Origin: Naegleria gruberi
Lineage: Eukaryota
Direction: 5' to 3' (one strand)
Assembly: GCA_000004985.1 (NCBI GenBank)
Contig: GG738871.1
Length of the DNA: 64,000 nt
Below are positions 12,954 through 23,296 of this stretch, piece by piece. The stretch's first letter is position 1. Each line of letters begins with the position of its first letter. Both the position numbers and the translations under genes were made by a program. The notes below the pieces were generated by a model. That model worked only from the letters and a program-made list of their open reading frames with translations, was not told the DNA's origin and ran no database searches.

Positions 12954-13981
12954 ATGTCTCAATCAGCCCGTGAGCAATCTTCATCGATGAATCAAATCTC
13001 AACCAGTGAGGCTTTAAATTCCTTGCAAGGAAATGAGGATGTGTTCGAAAATTTATTAATCACTCTGAGAAGTAGGTATCACCAATCTGTTTATTTGGAA
13101 TTATTCTAATCATTTTCCAGCACTTCAAATGCAAAACAAGCGTTTGATCGATTTTCAAATATCAAGGTAAGTTTCTTCACAAATTTTCAAAGGCTAAAAT
13201 GTAAAAAGTTACAAGTGGCATCTTCAACATCATGACAATATTAAAAAGATAATTAAAGGATTGAACATGTTGGGAGAGTCATTCGAAAGATATGGAATTG
13301 AAGGATTTAATATTACTCCAACAGAAGATGTCAATTTAAGAGAGTAAGTAAAACTTTATTTAACTCAATCGGTGATGAAACAACAATCGAATAGGAAAAC
13401 ATTGGAAATTGCAAATTCATTGAACATTATACCTCCTGATTTTCAAGAAAACTCAAGAAGTGTTGCAAAGAGTAAAACCACAAGTAGGGAATCTAAAAGT
13501 GATCCGTTTGAAGAAAAGCTTACAAACCTTCATTCAATTGTTGTTGGATTCTTCAAAAAGTCAAATGTATCATCTCTTGAAAGAGAAGCATTCGAAAGAG
13601 AACTGAAATCCATTTCTGATATTGAGACCTTCTCAACTCTGAAAGAAGAGTCCTACTGCACTGTCTTTCCAATTTTTGCTTCATGGTTTAAAAAGGTTGA
13701 CAGTATTAGATATGGATTGATTTATATTTATGAAGGGTTGAGAATTTTCCCAAATGCTTTCACTAGGCGTGCCAATCTTGCATCAATGAAAGAAATTGTG
13801 AATGGTAAGTTTAAGTTAAAGTGAAATGTTAACTTTGTGTAAAGCTTTGGAAGGTCTAACACATGCAGACTTCGATTCAGTTAGTGGCTTTACAGTTGAA
13901 GAAATCACTAGTGCATATGACATTCTCATTAAGCAAATCAGAAACATTGAAGGAGGATTTATTTCAGTAGAGGATTTCTAG
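12954..13981 (+). CDS. Hypothetical protein, 5 exons: join(12954..13071,13121..13166,13209..13343,13395..13804,13845..13981).
   Basis: Exon phases are consistent across four 41-52 nt GT-AG introns (GTAGGT, GTAAGT x3). It ends ...NIEGGFISVEDF*. No family recognised. Exon boundaries are inferred from frame continuity only. Confidence 0.35.
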
Positions 13982-14041
13982 TAGTTTCAACTTGTGGCCA
14001 CAATTCAATAATATTTGAACATCACAAAATATCTTTAAAAA

Positions 14042-14791
14042 ATGGCCACACTCTTTAGACTTCAAGACGATCACATCAACGATCTTGTTTTTATTAATAA
14101 ATTAACTCCGGAATGTAGGTGTAGATTCATCAGATCACAATAATTTTATTATATAATAATATAAAGCATTGGAGGATTTATGTAGAGTTTCTATTGAATT
14201 TATTACTAAAGGATCTTTGAAGAAATCAATTCAACAAACAGCAGGTATGGATAATTTGGATGTACATAATAATAATAATAAATGTGGAATTAAATAGCAA
14301 ATCTTTCATTGGAAAAGGATGATGTTGAGAAGGGAGTAAAAAGTTTATCATATTTATTTTCCGATTGTGCTAAAGCAAATTTGGATGGTAACAAATTCCA
14401 ATTAACAATCTTTGATATCCCTTCACTTTCAGATCAATCTGCTGGAATTTTACTTAATTATTATGAACAAAATTTCCAAAATATTCGTACCTTGTTCTCT
14501 AAAGCAAGTAGTACTGAATCATGTTATGGACTCAGTACAATGCCACAATATAAAGATTTGGAATGGAGATTTGAAGTGGAATGTGACAGAAGAAGTGTTA
14601 GACAATTGGTAGAACCATACTTTACATTGAAATTAATTACATCAACGACAAGTGGAGACGAAAAGAAAAATCAAGCTCAATACTTTAACTGTTCACTCCA
14701 TGAATTGAAGCATATTCACGATGTTTTGGGAGAAGCTCTCAAGGAAATGAAATCTTCTCACACCAGAAGAATCAAATATTATATCAAATAA
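14042..14791 (+). CDS. COMM-domain-like protein (COMMD family), 3 exons: join(14042..14114,14167..14244,14298..14791).
   Basis: C-terminal ...QYFNCSLHELKHIHDVLGEALKEMK resembles the COMM domain. Phases are consistent across GTAGGT and GTATGG introns. The family call is weak. Confidence 0.35.
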
Positions 14792-14812
14792 ACCAAATCT
14801 TAAAAATGTATT

Positions 14813-17800
14813 TTATTTATAAGGATGGTAAATGTGTGATTTGTTTGGTCTATTAAGCGAAAAACCTTCATTGTCACTTGCTTGATTTTCATTTTCTTGC
14901 TGTTGTTGATTATGTTCTGGTCGATAGTACGTATAAAAAACATCACCAAAAGAAGATAATTGAGGAATAGATTTGGTTACAACTTCAATTCTTACCAATC
15001 CTGGAACAATTCTTTCAGGAACTGTACATACAATTCTATCACTCAATACTTGTGCAATGTTTGGAGAATCCTGTAATCCAAACATGACTCTGACAGAGTT
15101 GCCTTCCTTCTTAATTGAATCAAAATTACCTAGAATAGTTACCTCTTGTTGTCCATTGAGAGGACCTCTGTTAGGATGAATGGATGTTAATTGGAGTGAA
15201 ATATTGGATTGTTGAGGAGATGATTGATAACTATTGTTATTGCTAGTTGTTTGTTGAGGGTGATGATGATAAATTGGACTAGTATTAGGGGATGTGAAGG
15301 GATGGTGGTGAGTAGGATACTGATTGGATGGAAACATTGTTTGTTGGTTATTGGAATTATTGGAAATGCTACCATTTGAATTAGAATAATGATGGTGAAT
15401 CATTGATCCACTGTTACTGGAATTATTATTGTTGTAGTTTTGCAAGTTTGGTCTATTTGTAGTGGAATTGTGAATGTTATTAGAAGAGGAATTATCTTGT
15501 GAATTATTGGAGCTATGTCTATATCCATCATTTTGGAAAGGTGTCATAGAATTCATGGAAGGAGATTGAACATTTGCAACCTTTGTTCTTGCAGAGAAGG
15601 AATGTTGTTGCTGTTGGTTGACTGATGAAGTCTCATGATGATTATTCATATTATTGGTATTAGGCATTGCACTAGATGATTGAGAAGAGCTAGAAACATT
15701 GGTTGTACTTGTGGCGACTGGATTGTTTCCAATAGCTCTCAAATCTTGTGGTCTCGAACAAACATAGAATTTAGACGAATTAACCTTCTTGATAATCTTA
15801 TTGCTCATTGAAAACTCTGCTGAAATCCAAATTAGTTTTTGAGTTTCAGGTCTACCAGAAGTGAAAGGAAGTTTCTTTCTGAATTGTGCCTCATAAACAT
15901 CATCTTCATCAATAGAAAGTGTGCACTTAGCATTCTTCAACACTTCAGCAACCTTTGATGGATTCAACTTTGTGAATGAATCTACAAATGAAAGTGTTTC
16001 CATTACTTTAGTTTCAGTGTTTCCCTCCTTTGTGCAATAAACTGTACAAGTATCAAATACAAATGAAGAGATTACCTGTATGGTAATTACGTTTCTTTGA
16101 ACCCAATACTTGATACCATTCTTTTCCTTCTGAGATCCATCAATAATTTGAACAGTTGCAAATGATATGTTTTCATCATCTGAATCACTGCCTCCACTAA
16201 ATTCCTCAGAACCACTACTTGAATTATTCATACTGTTTGAACTTGCCTCTCTACTACCATTATTATTGTTGTTACTACTGTTTCCTCCTCCATTATTACT
16301 GGTCGAGTTATTTCTACGTTCAGAACTATTTGAAGAACCACCTCCATTTTGAGAATTACCAGATGATTCACCACTACCAGATACAGTTAACACATTTACA
16401 GGAGGCATTGGATAGGCATCTTCATTTTGATCTTCCTCTGATGAGACATCTTCTCTTTCATCTCCACTACTATTACTACTATTACCTCCGTCACTGCTGA
16501 GTCTTTCACTGCTACTACTTGTACCATTTCCACTACTGCCACCTTGATAATCCTCTGTTGTTGAATGATTGGATTTACCACTCGGAGAAATGAATGGTGT
16601 GAAAACAAGTTTGTTTAGTGAAATTTTTGATTTCATAGAATTGAATAGTTTGGAGAAGATGGTAAGAGCAGTAGGTACTCTCATAACACCACCCTGTACA
16701 AGGAAGTCCTTCTTCTTCTTTTGACTACTTTCATTTGACATGCTTTGTTGCTGTTGTTCAACAGGTTGGTGAATTTCTTCATCATTATTGGCAGTAGTGG
16801 ATGAATTGAGCAACATATCTTTGCTTGTTGCTTGGCCATTCTCTGATAATGTCTTTTTCATATCAGAGGAATGAGATTGCTCATTTGAAGATGACTTTGA
16901 TTGACTCTCCTGTCCAGAAGAGCTTGAACAATCATCACTTTCACTATTAGTAGCTGGAGATTGAGAGTGGATGTTTCTGTAACCACTACTTGCACTCATG
17001 GATTTCTCATGGTAGCTTGAAAGTGAATCACTGGAAGAAACATCAGTGGTAGAATCTTCTTCACCACTGCTACTGCCACTGTTTGATTCTTCATCTTTGA
17101 AATCTATTGTCTGATTATTGTTCTCTTGTTTCTTAGTGGTTGTTACGAGTCGGGAAATGTTGGTTTGGAGGAACTTTTGGTGCTTGCTCTTTGACTTGAT
17201 AAACTTTCTTGAAGAGGAAACGAGTCCATCATCATCTATAGCCACAGTAGCCTCATCCTCACTTTCATCAACATTCAAAACCCTAGGTCTAAACAATTCC
17301 ACTTGTATTTCATGTGAAGTTATTGTTGTTATCCATTTAATCTCAATGTAGGACTTGAAATCTGGGGACGGAGATAGTTTATCAAGAATTGAATAAATAT
17401 AGGAAGTTGGAAAGGTATCAATGGTATTGTATGTGGAGGTTGATTGAGATTTAATTTTAGCTGCATGATGGTTGTGGTGTGTTTTAATTTTGTTTTGATT
17501 ATTATTATTCGTCATTGTTGCGAAAGACTTTCTTCTCTTATCAAACAATAACTGTGATGATTGTGGAGGAGGTAGATTGGTTGTTGTTGTTTGTACGGAT
17601 GAAGAAGCAGCTATCACAGATGGAACGAATTGTTGTTGAGTATTTTCAGAATACTGAAGCAATGAATCATGAAATCTCTTTGAATGACGACTTGTTTTAC
17701 TACCACAATGTTTTGAAAATTGATGTTGTTGCAATTTCCAAGAATTAACGTTATGTACTGGTGGTGGAGTAGTATTGTTAAAGGGATGCTTTGAAAGCTT

Positions 17801-18076
17801 GTCCTCTGTTGTTGGTGATTTTTTAATCATCCAAGCTGAATTTTGAGATTCAATCTGCTGCTTTGTGTCGCAACCTGTGTTGTTTGTAAATATTCTCGCA
17901 GGCTCAAGTTTGCGAGTTTGGCTGAATTTGTTATTGTTAACGGAGTATTCAAAACAGCAACAACAATAAAAAGAAGAAGAGAAATATTGGTGTGGGTTAG
18001 TTGGGATGGATTCAAATTGAAATGTAAACCTACACAAAGATCTTCTCTGCTTCCGTGCTATCAGCAAATACTGCAT
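14813..18076 (-). CDS. Large S/N/Q-rich low-complexity protein with a C-terminal IPT/TIG domain and an upstream beta-rich DNA-binding-like region (putative transcription factor).
   Basis: IPT/TIG signature GPLNGQQEVTILGNFDSIKKEGNSVRVMFG...IVCTVPERIVPGLVRIEVVT. Long homopolymeric N/S/Q tracts. The true start is uncertain; a later Met such as MIKKSP is possible. Confidence 0.5.
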   Translation of the reverse strand: MQYLLIARKQRRSLCRFTFQFESIPTNPHQYFSSSFYCCCCFEYSVNNNKFSQTRKLEPARIFTNNTGCDTKQQIESQNSAWMIKKSPTTEDKLSKHPFNNTTPPPVHNVNSWKLQQHQFSKHCGSKTSRHSKRFHDSLLQYSENTQQQFVPSVIAASSSVQTTTTNLPPPQSSQLLFDKRRKSFATMTNNNNQNKIKTHHNHHAAKIKSQSTSTYNTIDTFPTSYIYSILDKLSPSPDFKSYIEIKWITTITSHEIQVELFRPRVLNVDESEDEATVAIDDDGLVSSSRKFIKSKSKHQKFLQTNISRLVTTTKKQENNNQTIDFKDEESNSGSSSGEEDSTTDVSSSDSLSSYHEKSMSASSGYRNIHSQSPATNSESDDCSSSSGQESQSKSSSNEQSHSSDMKKTLSENGQATSKDMLLNSSTTANNDEEIHQPVEQQQQSMSNESSQKKKKDFLVQGGVMRVPTALTIFSKLFNSMKSKISLNKLVFTPFISPSGKSNHSTTEDYQGGSSGNGTSSSSERLSSDGGNSSNSSGDEREDVSSEEDQNEDAYPMPPVNVLTVSGSGESSGNSQNGGGSSNSSERRNNSTSNNGGGNSSNNNNNGSREASSNSMNNSSSGSEEFSGGSDSDDENISFATVQIIDGSQKEKNGIKYWVQRNVITIQVISSFVFDTCTVYCTKEGNTETKVMETLSFVDSFTKLNPSKVAEVLKNAKCTLSIDEDDVYEAQFRKKLPFTSGRPETQKLIWISAEFSMSNKIIKKVNSSKFYVCSRPQDLRAIGNNPVATSTTNVSSSSQSSSAMPNTNNMNNHHETSSVNQQQQHSFSARTKVANVQSPSMNSMTPFQNDGYRHSSNNSQDNSSSNNIHNSTTNRPNLQNYNNNNSSNSGSMIHHHYSNSNGSISNNSNNQQTMFPSNQYPTHHHPFTSPNTSPIYHHHPQQTTSNNNSYQSSPQQSNISLQLTSIHPNRGPLNGQQEVTILGNFDSIKKEGNSVRVMFGLQDSPNIAQVLSDRIVCTVPERIVPGLVRIEVVTKSIPQLSSFGDVFYTYYRPEHNQQQQENENQASDNEGFSLNRPNKSHIYHPYK

Positions 18077-18473
18077 GGTAGGTTACCATGGCTTTATCGC
18101 AAATTTTTTTATGTTCTCCCCTTACGAGATTTTATTAATTACCAACAAATTTGCATAATAAATAGATCAAGCAAACATTCTCAAAATTTGAGATCAATCC
18201 CGAGCGAGCTGCGCTACTTGAAGTGGTACCAAGCTTGGTTTGTCCAAGCCACAAACTACCAAAAACATCTTAGACACTCTCCCAATCACAAAAAACAAAA
18301 TGATGACTATTCTTTCAGAAAATGAATCATAGTTTTTAATTTTCCTTATGTATTGAAATAAGGATGTATTATCTGAACATAATTCGGAACAAATAATTTT
18401 CTCTGCTAGGGGCAATACAAAATAACTGTTAGTTTTGAAAGGTGGAATTTACGAAAATCCATTGTACAAAAAA

Positions 18474-20070
18474 ATGCTTATTGGAACGGAAGCAGATTCA
18501 TCATTGGACCATCACCAACATAAAATGTTGCTTGATGATATGGTGCTAGTTTCATCACCATCATCAAACAACGCGGAAGAAGAGCACGAAGAAGAACAAT
18601 TAAAATTATTATCATCACCAAGTTCTAATGAAAGTTTAATAACAATGGTCTCATCGTCAATGGATGATACTACATCAAATCTAGTGAAGCCGACACCCAA
18701 AATCATGGAATCAAGAATTTACTTTCATCAAAATTCACAATTATTATTTCTAAATTTTGAAGATTTTTACTTGGAAACACAAGAGGACGTTGATGTTGTG
18801 ATTAAATTTATTGAATTAACATTTACAAATTATTTAGCGGATGAGGAGTTACAAAGAAAGATACAGTCCAATAGTATAAATCGAAGAAATAGTTTCATAA
18901 AGGAAAAACCAAATAATTCAAAGAAAAAGACAAATATTGATGTTTATATTTGTTATGATAGATTTCATTGCCAACTTGATTTACTAAAATACTATTCCGA
19001 AAAAGTAGCCTATCTAGAGGCTAATTATTATAGATCAGTGAAGAGATTCACAACGGAATCACTAGAGGATAAATTATTGAAAAAGTTTGAAAGTGTTTTG
19101 GAACAACAAGAACATGTCGATGAACCAATAATTCAAAATTTTGAAATGTTGAATGGACGATACATTATCCAATCAGAACATTTAATAGCTAGAGGTACTT
19201 TTGGAAGGTAAGTAATACATCACCAAATATGCATTCCGAACTAAAATTATTTAGGGTATTCCTTGGACAGGATAAATTAACAGGAGATTTGGTAGCAGTA
19301 AAGGAATTAAAAAGAAAAAACATTGACAGTGTTGAAGGTTTGAAAGAACTTATTGATAAGGAATTGAAAATTTGTAAATTATTATCACAATCCCTAAAGG
19401 ATGGTGAATCACATATTGGAAAAAAGTATATTTGTAAAATATATGATGTAATTGATACAGAACCCTTCCATTATATTGTAATGGAGTATTTAGCTAATGG
19501 ATCACTTGAGAATCCTCTTGAGGAAAGAGAAACATTCCCACCCGAAGTTGCAAAGAAATATATCAAACAGTTATCCTATGCACTTGATTATATTCATAGT
19601 ACACTAAATATATGCCATCGTGATATTCAATTGGCTAATTTATGTTTGGATGCACATGGAAATATCAAGCTTGTAGATTTTGGATTGAGGTAAGTTCAAA
19701 TTATTGAAAAATAATTATTGACTTTCAAAGTGATTTCTTTACCAAAGAGGCAACAACTCATAATTCATTTTGTGGAAATTATGCATCTCCTGAAATGATT
19801 TTAGCGACTAAATATATAGGATACGAGGGAGATTGTTATGGAATGGGACTTTTATTGTATAAATTATTATCAGGATTTTTCCCATTTCGTTCAAGTGTAG
19901 ATAAGATTGTAGAACAATACTACATTCCATTGGATGAATTGGAAAGGGAAGGTACATTGAATGAATCCAGTATATCCTTAATTAAAGGTCTTTTAGAAAA
20001 AGATCCTTGTAAAAGATTAACAACAAAAGATGTCATTAATCATGAATGGTTACAAGATGTTGAAGTTTAA
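18474..20070 (+). CDS. Protein kinase with a non-kinase N-terminal region. join(18474..19207,19255..19689,19731..20070).
   Basis: GTFGR|VFLGQD...VAVKEL, HRDIQLANL, DFGL|R, SPE..., D.Y..G. Two 41-47 nt GTAAGT introns are placed at phase 2. The catalytic loop is unusual: HRDIQLAN instead of HRDLKPEN. Confidence 0.7.
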
Positions 20071-20088
20071 ATTAAATTATTGTGATAT

Positions 20089-20619
20089 TTACAAAAAGGA
20101 TCTACCCCTATTATGAAAATGTTCCACAGTTATTGGTTGCTTATCAGCTTGAATTTCTCTTCTTCTCGTTTCTTCCCTTTGTTGTTGTAATTTCATATTT
20201 TCCACCATTAAGGACTTCATATATTCTCTCCTCTTTTCATTACTAGTATTGGCATGAATATATCTATCTCTAGGTGTCTCCCTTGGTTTAATTTCAGAGA
20301 GTGGAGCTGTCTTTGGTCTCGTGTCCACAACATTCGGAATTTGTTTTATGAATGTCTTTTCCTTTACTACATTCTCGTGTTCTTTTCTTCCTTTTAATTC
20401 CAAATGACGATCATAATCTTGTTTCCTTTGTTTTTGAAGTTGTAACTGCTCCTCCCTAGTGCCAGCAATGGCTTGTCTTCTCGATTCCTCTATTTGCTTC
20501 ATCTTGGTTCGTTTTGCCTCAATGTTCTGAATTTCACGTTGATAGTCCTTCTCAACAGTTTGGCAATTTGTGATTGAGCACTTTCTCGGAACGAACAATC
20601 TACTTCTAGTTGTCTCCAT
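20089..20619 (-). CDS. Hypothetical charged (R/K/E/Q-rich) coiled-coil protein.
   Basis: Uninterrupted ORF with ATG at 20619 in A-rich context. No recognisable domain. Confidence 0.4.
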   Translation of the reverse strand: METTRSRLFVPRKCSITNCQTVEKDYQREIQNIEAKRTKMKQIEESRRQAIAGTREEQLQLQKQRKQDYDRHLELKGRKEHENVVKEKTFIKQIPNVVDTRPKTAPLSEIKPRETPRDRYIHANTSNEKRREYMKSLMVENMKLQQQREETRRREIQADKQPITVEHFHNRGRSFL

Positions 20620-21103
20620 TCTTTTAAGTGTAATAGTATTACAGGTTCTGTACAGTGTGTGGTGGTGTTGTTTTGGAGATTGCTTTTAATTTACACAAGT
20701 CATTAACAAATGTGTGTAAAGCAAATATAGATTTGATGGTAAAGACTTTTTTTTTGGTATTGAGAAGTTAATTGGTGAGGAATATTCTGTAAACTGAATT
20801 ATACAGCTTTGTGGTATAGGTATTGATTGTGAAAGTTTTATTGCTCTTAGGAGTGCAAGAGATGATCAACCATGAAGTGCTGTCCTTCAACTTCTATTCG
20901 AGTATGAAATTAACATATAAAAATGATTTTCGAATCCAACGAAGAGAATAAATGTAGAGATATCACCTCAAAGTGAAAGTGCTTTATTAAGGCTTTTGAG
21001 TCGTTAATAGGAATATTAAAATAATTCAATAAATTATTAAGAGATATTAATTTCAGTATTACGTATTTGTTTTTGATTTCTTATAACCGTTTTTACAGTT
21101 TGT

Positions 21104-21120
21104 ATTTGGCGCCAAAATTT
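21104..21120. promoter_or_regulatory. E2F-like element ATTTGGCGCCAAAATTT (GGCGCC 21108-21113), 38 bp upstream of the ATG at 21151.
   Basis: Perfect TTTGGCGCCAAA palindrome. Confidence 0.6.
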
Positions 21121-21150
21121 ATAAAAATAAATGAATCAAACATTAAATAA

Positions 21151-22152
21151 ATGTATGCAAAACGAATGCTTACTCGCTCACCCTCATCATCAAATGTTAA
21201 TAGTACAAATGAGTATATTGAATACCAGGATGGATCAATAGCCGTCATGAATCACAATGAAACTGTAGAGGAAATTAATAACCGAATAAAAGAAGAAAAA
21301 AGAAGGAAGGAAGAAGAACGATTAAAAAAGCTGAGAATTGAAACAGCAAAAAGGAGGAAACGACAAGAACAAATTGATGCGGAATTAAAAGAAAAGAAGG
21401 AAAATGAAATTGAAAAAGCTTTACAGGACAGGAAAAAACAAATAGAGGCTTCGAAATTAAGGAAAAACAGCAAAACACCCGAATGTATAACAACAACAAA
21501 TGGAGGTAAAAGCATCAGGCCTACACCTGCTGTGGCTGATATAACGAAAAAACAAATTAGACATTTGAACATTTTAGAATCTCTTGATTTACAAGGAATT
21601 ACATCGAGTACTGACATGTTTCTTGTTGCTGAGAAGATGTCGAAAAGATCGAGTGTCAGAGAATCGGAGGCAGCTCATGCCATAAAAATGATTGAGATTA
21701 CTTCGGCTAGATCACCAAATCCAACAAAAGAAATTCCCTTAGAATCGCCTTCCAACAAGACAAAGAGAGTGAGGATACAAATAGTGGAGGAAGAGAAACG
21801 AAAGACCTCTCCTCGAAATAATGATCTGAAACTTCCTCAAATTAAAACCCGACCAACTGAAGCAGTTGCCGAAAAGAAGATTGAGAAAAAGAAAAAGCTT
21901 GTGGCACCACATACAGGTGTCTCGATAGATATAGAAAAAATAGAGAAGGATATTGCATTAATTGATAAGGCACTTTTAGAAAAATATCAAAGTTTAAGGA
22001 ATATTGATAATAACGTACTGAAACGAGTGAATACAAGCGACAGGTCTGATAGAAAGGACTCTACACCATCACCCACACAAAATAATCCAAAGAAAATTTC
22101 CAAACCAAAGCGAGCTAAACCTGTTTTATCAACAAGGCAACGAAAATTTTGA
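21151..22152 (+). CDS. Hypothetical K/E/R-rich protein, possibly nuclear.
   Basis: Long ORF immediately downstream of the E2F-like site. Charged low complexity, no domain recognised. Confidence 0.45.
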   Translation: MYAKRMLTRSPSSSNVNSTNEYIEYQDGSIAVMNHNETVEEINNRIKEEKRRKEEERLKKLRIETAKRRKRQEQIDAELKEKKENEIEKALQDRKKQIEASKLRKNSKTPECITTTNGGKSIRPTPAVADITKKQIRHLNILESLDLQGITSSTDMFLVAEKMSKRSSVRESEAAHAIKMIEITSARSPNPTKEIPLESPSNKTKRVRIQIVEEEKRKTSPRNNDLKLPQIKTRPTEAVAEKKIEKKKKLVAPHTGVSIDIEKIEKDIALIDKALLEKYQSLRNIDNNVLKRVNTSDRSDRKDSTPSPTQNNPKKISKPKRAKPVLSTRQRKF

Positions 22153-22196
22153 TAAATTAGTACAATTAATTTATTTCCTAGTTGAATTGTTTAGAT

Positions 22197-23153
22197 TTAG
22201 TTTGATTCTTCAATTGAGATTTCTTCACTCTTGTCTTCAGACTTAGTTTCTTCTGGCTTTTCTTCTTCAGACTTGGTTTCCTCACCTTCTTCTGATGGGG
22301 TAGTATTTTCTTGAACTGGTTCCTCCTCATCATCAAAGATACCACCTTCTTTTGGTTCTTCTTCTTCAGTTGGAGTTTCTTCAACAATCACTGATTGAGC
22401 CTTAGCTTTTCTTGGACTAAAAACATTTACAACACCTTGGAATAAATTCTTAAAACCATATTGAGCTTTTTCAAGTAAACTAATATTGAGTTGATCTGGT
22501 GTATAACCTCTCTTAAGGTTTCTTTCTATGTACACATCTCTATCCTTTACAATTCTCATAATGAGATCACTAGTGGAAACACCTTCAGTTCTCTTAATAG
22601 TTAAAAATCTGTGCATTTCCTTCAATCCAGCATAAACATCATTACCATTTTCATCAACGGAAAGATCTTCACCATGTGAAACGAAATCAATGTTATGTTT
22701 CAAGACAAAATCACCATCAACAACCCATGGAGCTTCCTTCACAACTTCATCAACATATCTACAGTGGGAAACACCTTCATATCTTTCGTTTTCTGTCATG
22801 ACAGTCTTTCCTTTAATTCTCCAAGTGTCAGCATCTGAACAAACACCAACAATTAAATGTGTATTTGGGAACAAATTTTTAGCTTGTTGAAGGGATCTCA
22901 TGTGACCAAAGTGGAAAAGATCATAAATACCATCGGCATATACTCTAACAGGTCTATCGAGAGGCACTCTAACTAAATTTCCTTGCATCATTCTAAATTC
23001 ATATCTTCCATCTTCTCCTTCTACAACATCACCTTCCTTGTGAGAAGAATAGTCAATTTCAAATCCCTGTTTAACCTTCTTTTGTTGTGGTTCAACTGTG
23101 TTGTTACCGTTTTGTTCTTCTGATGACGTAACCTCTTCAATGTTTCTTTTCAT
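22197..23153 (-). CDS. CTP:phosphocholine (or phosphoethanolamine) cytidylyltransferase, CCT/ECT family.
   Basis: Cytidylyltransferase core RVYADGIYDLFHFGHMRSLQQAK (HxGH motif). The C-terminus has an acidic/K-rich tail. Confidence 0.8.
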   Translation of the reverse strand: MKRNIEEVTSSEEQNGNNTVEPQQKKVKQGFEIDYSSHKEGDVVEGEDGRYEFRMMQGNLVRVPLDRPVRVYADGIYDLFHFGHMRSLQQAKNLFPNTHLIVGVCSDADTWRIKGKTVMTENERYEGVSHCRYVDEVVKEAPWVVDGDFVLKHNIDFVSHGEDLSVDENGNDVYAGLKEMHRFLTIKRTEGVSTSDLIMRIVKDRDVYIERNLKRGYTPDQLNISLLEKAQYGFKNLFQGVVNVFSPRKAKAQSVIVEETPTEEEEPKEGGIFDDEEEPVQENTTPSEEGEETKSEEEKPEETKSEDKSEEISIEESN

Positions 23154-23180
23154 TTTTTTTCTTCTGAAAAGCCAACGGAA

Positions 23181-23191
23181 GGCGCCAAAAG
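23181..23191. promoter_or_regulatory. E2F-like half-palindrome GGCGCCAAAAG (GGCGCC 23181-23186), 28 bp upstream of the minus-strand ATG at 23153.
   Basis: Same GGCGCC core with the A-run on one side only. Confidence 0.45.
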
Positions 23192-23296
23192 TGTATCCAA
23201 TTGTATTCTGTGATTTATGATATTCTGTAACGCTTTATGATTCTTCGTACAGAGTATCAAGTTTACAAAATGGACGATGAACCATTTCTGATTTTA

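Noticed and set aside
13372-13824. Treating ORF 13372..13824 (and 14309..14791, 26356..26634, 50633..51067, 10934..11626) as independent genes
   Set aside because: Each lacks a plausible start context. Each is flanked by in-phase donor and acceptor sites that join it to neighbouring exons, so they were merged into multi-exon models.
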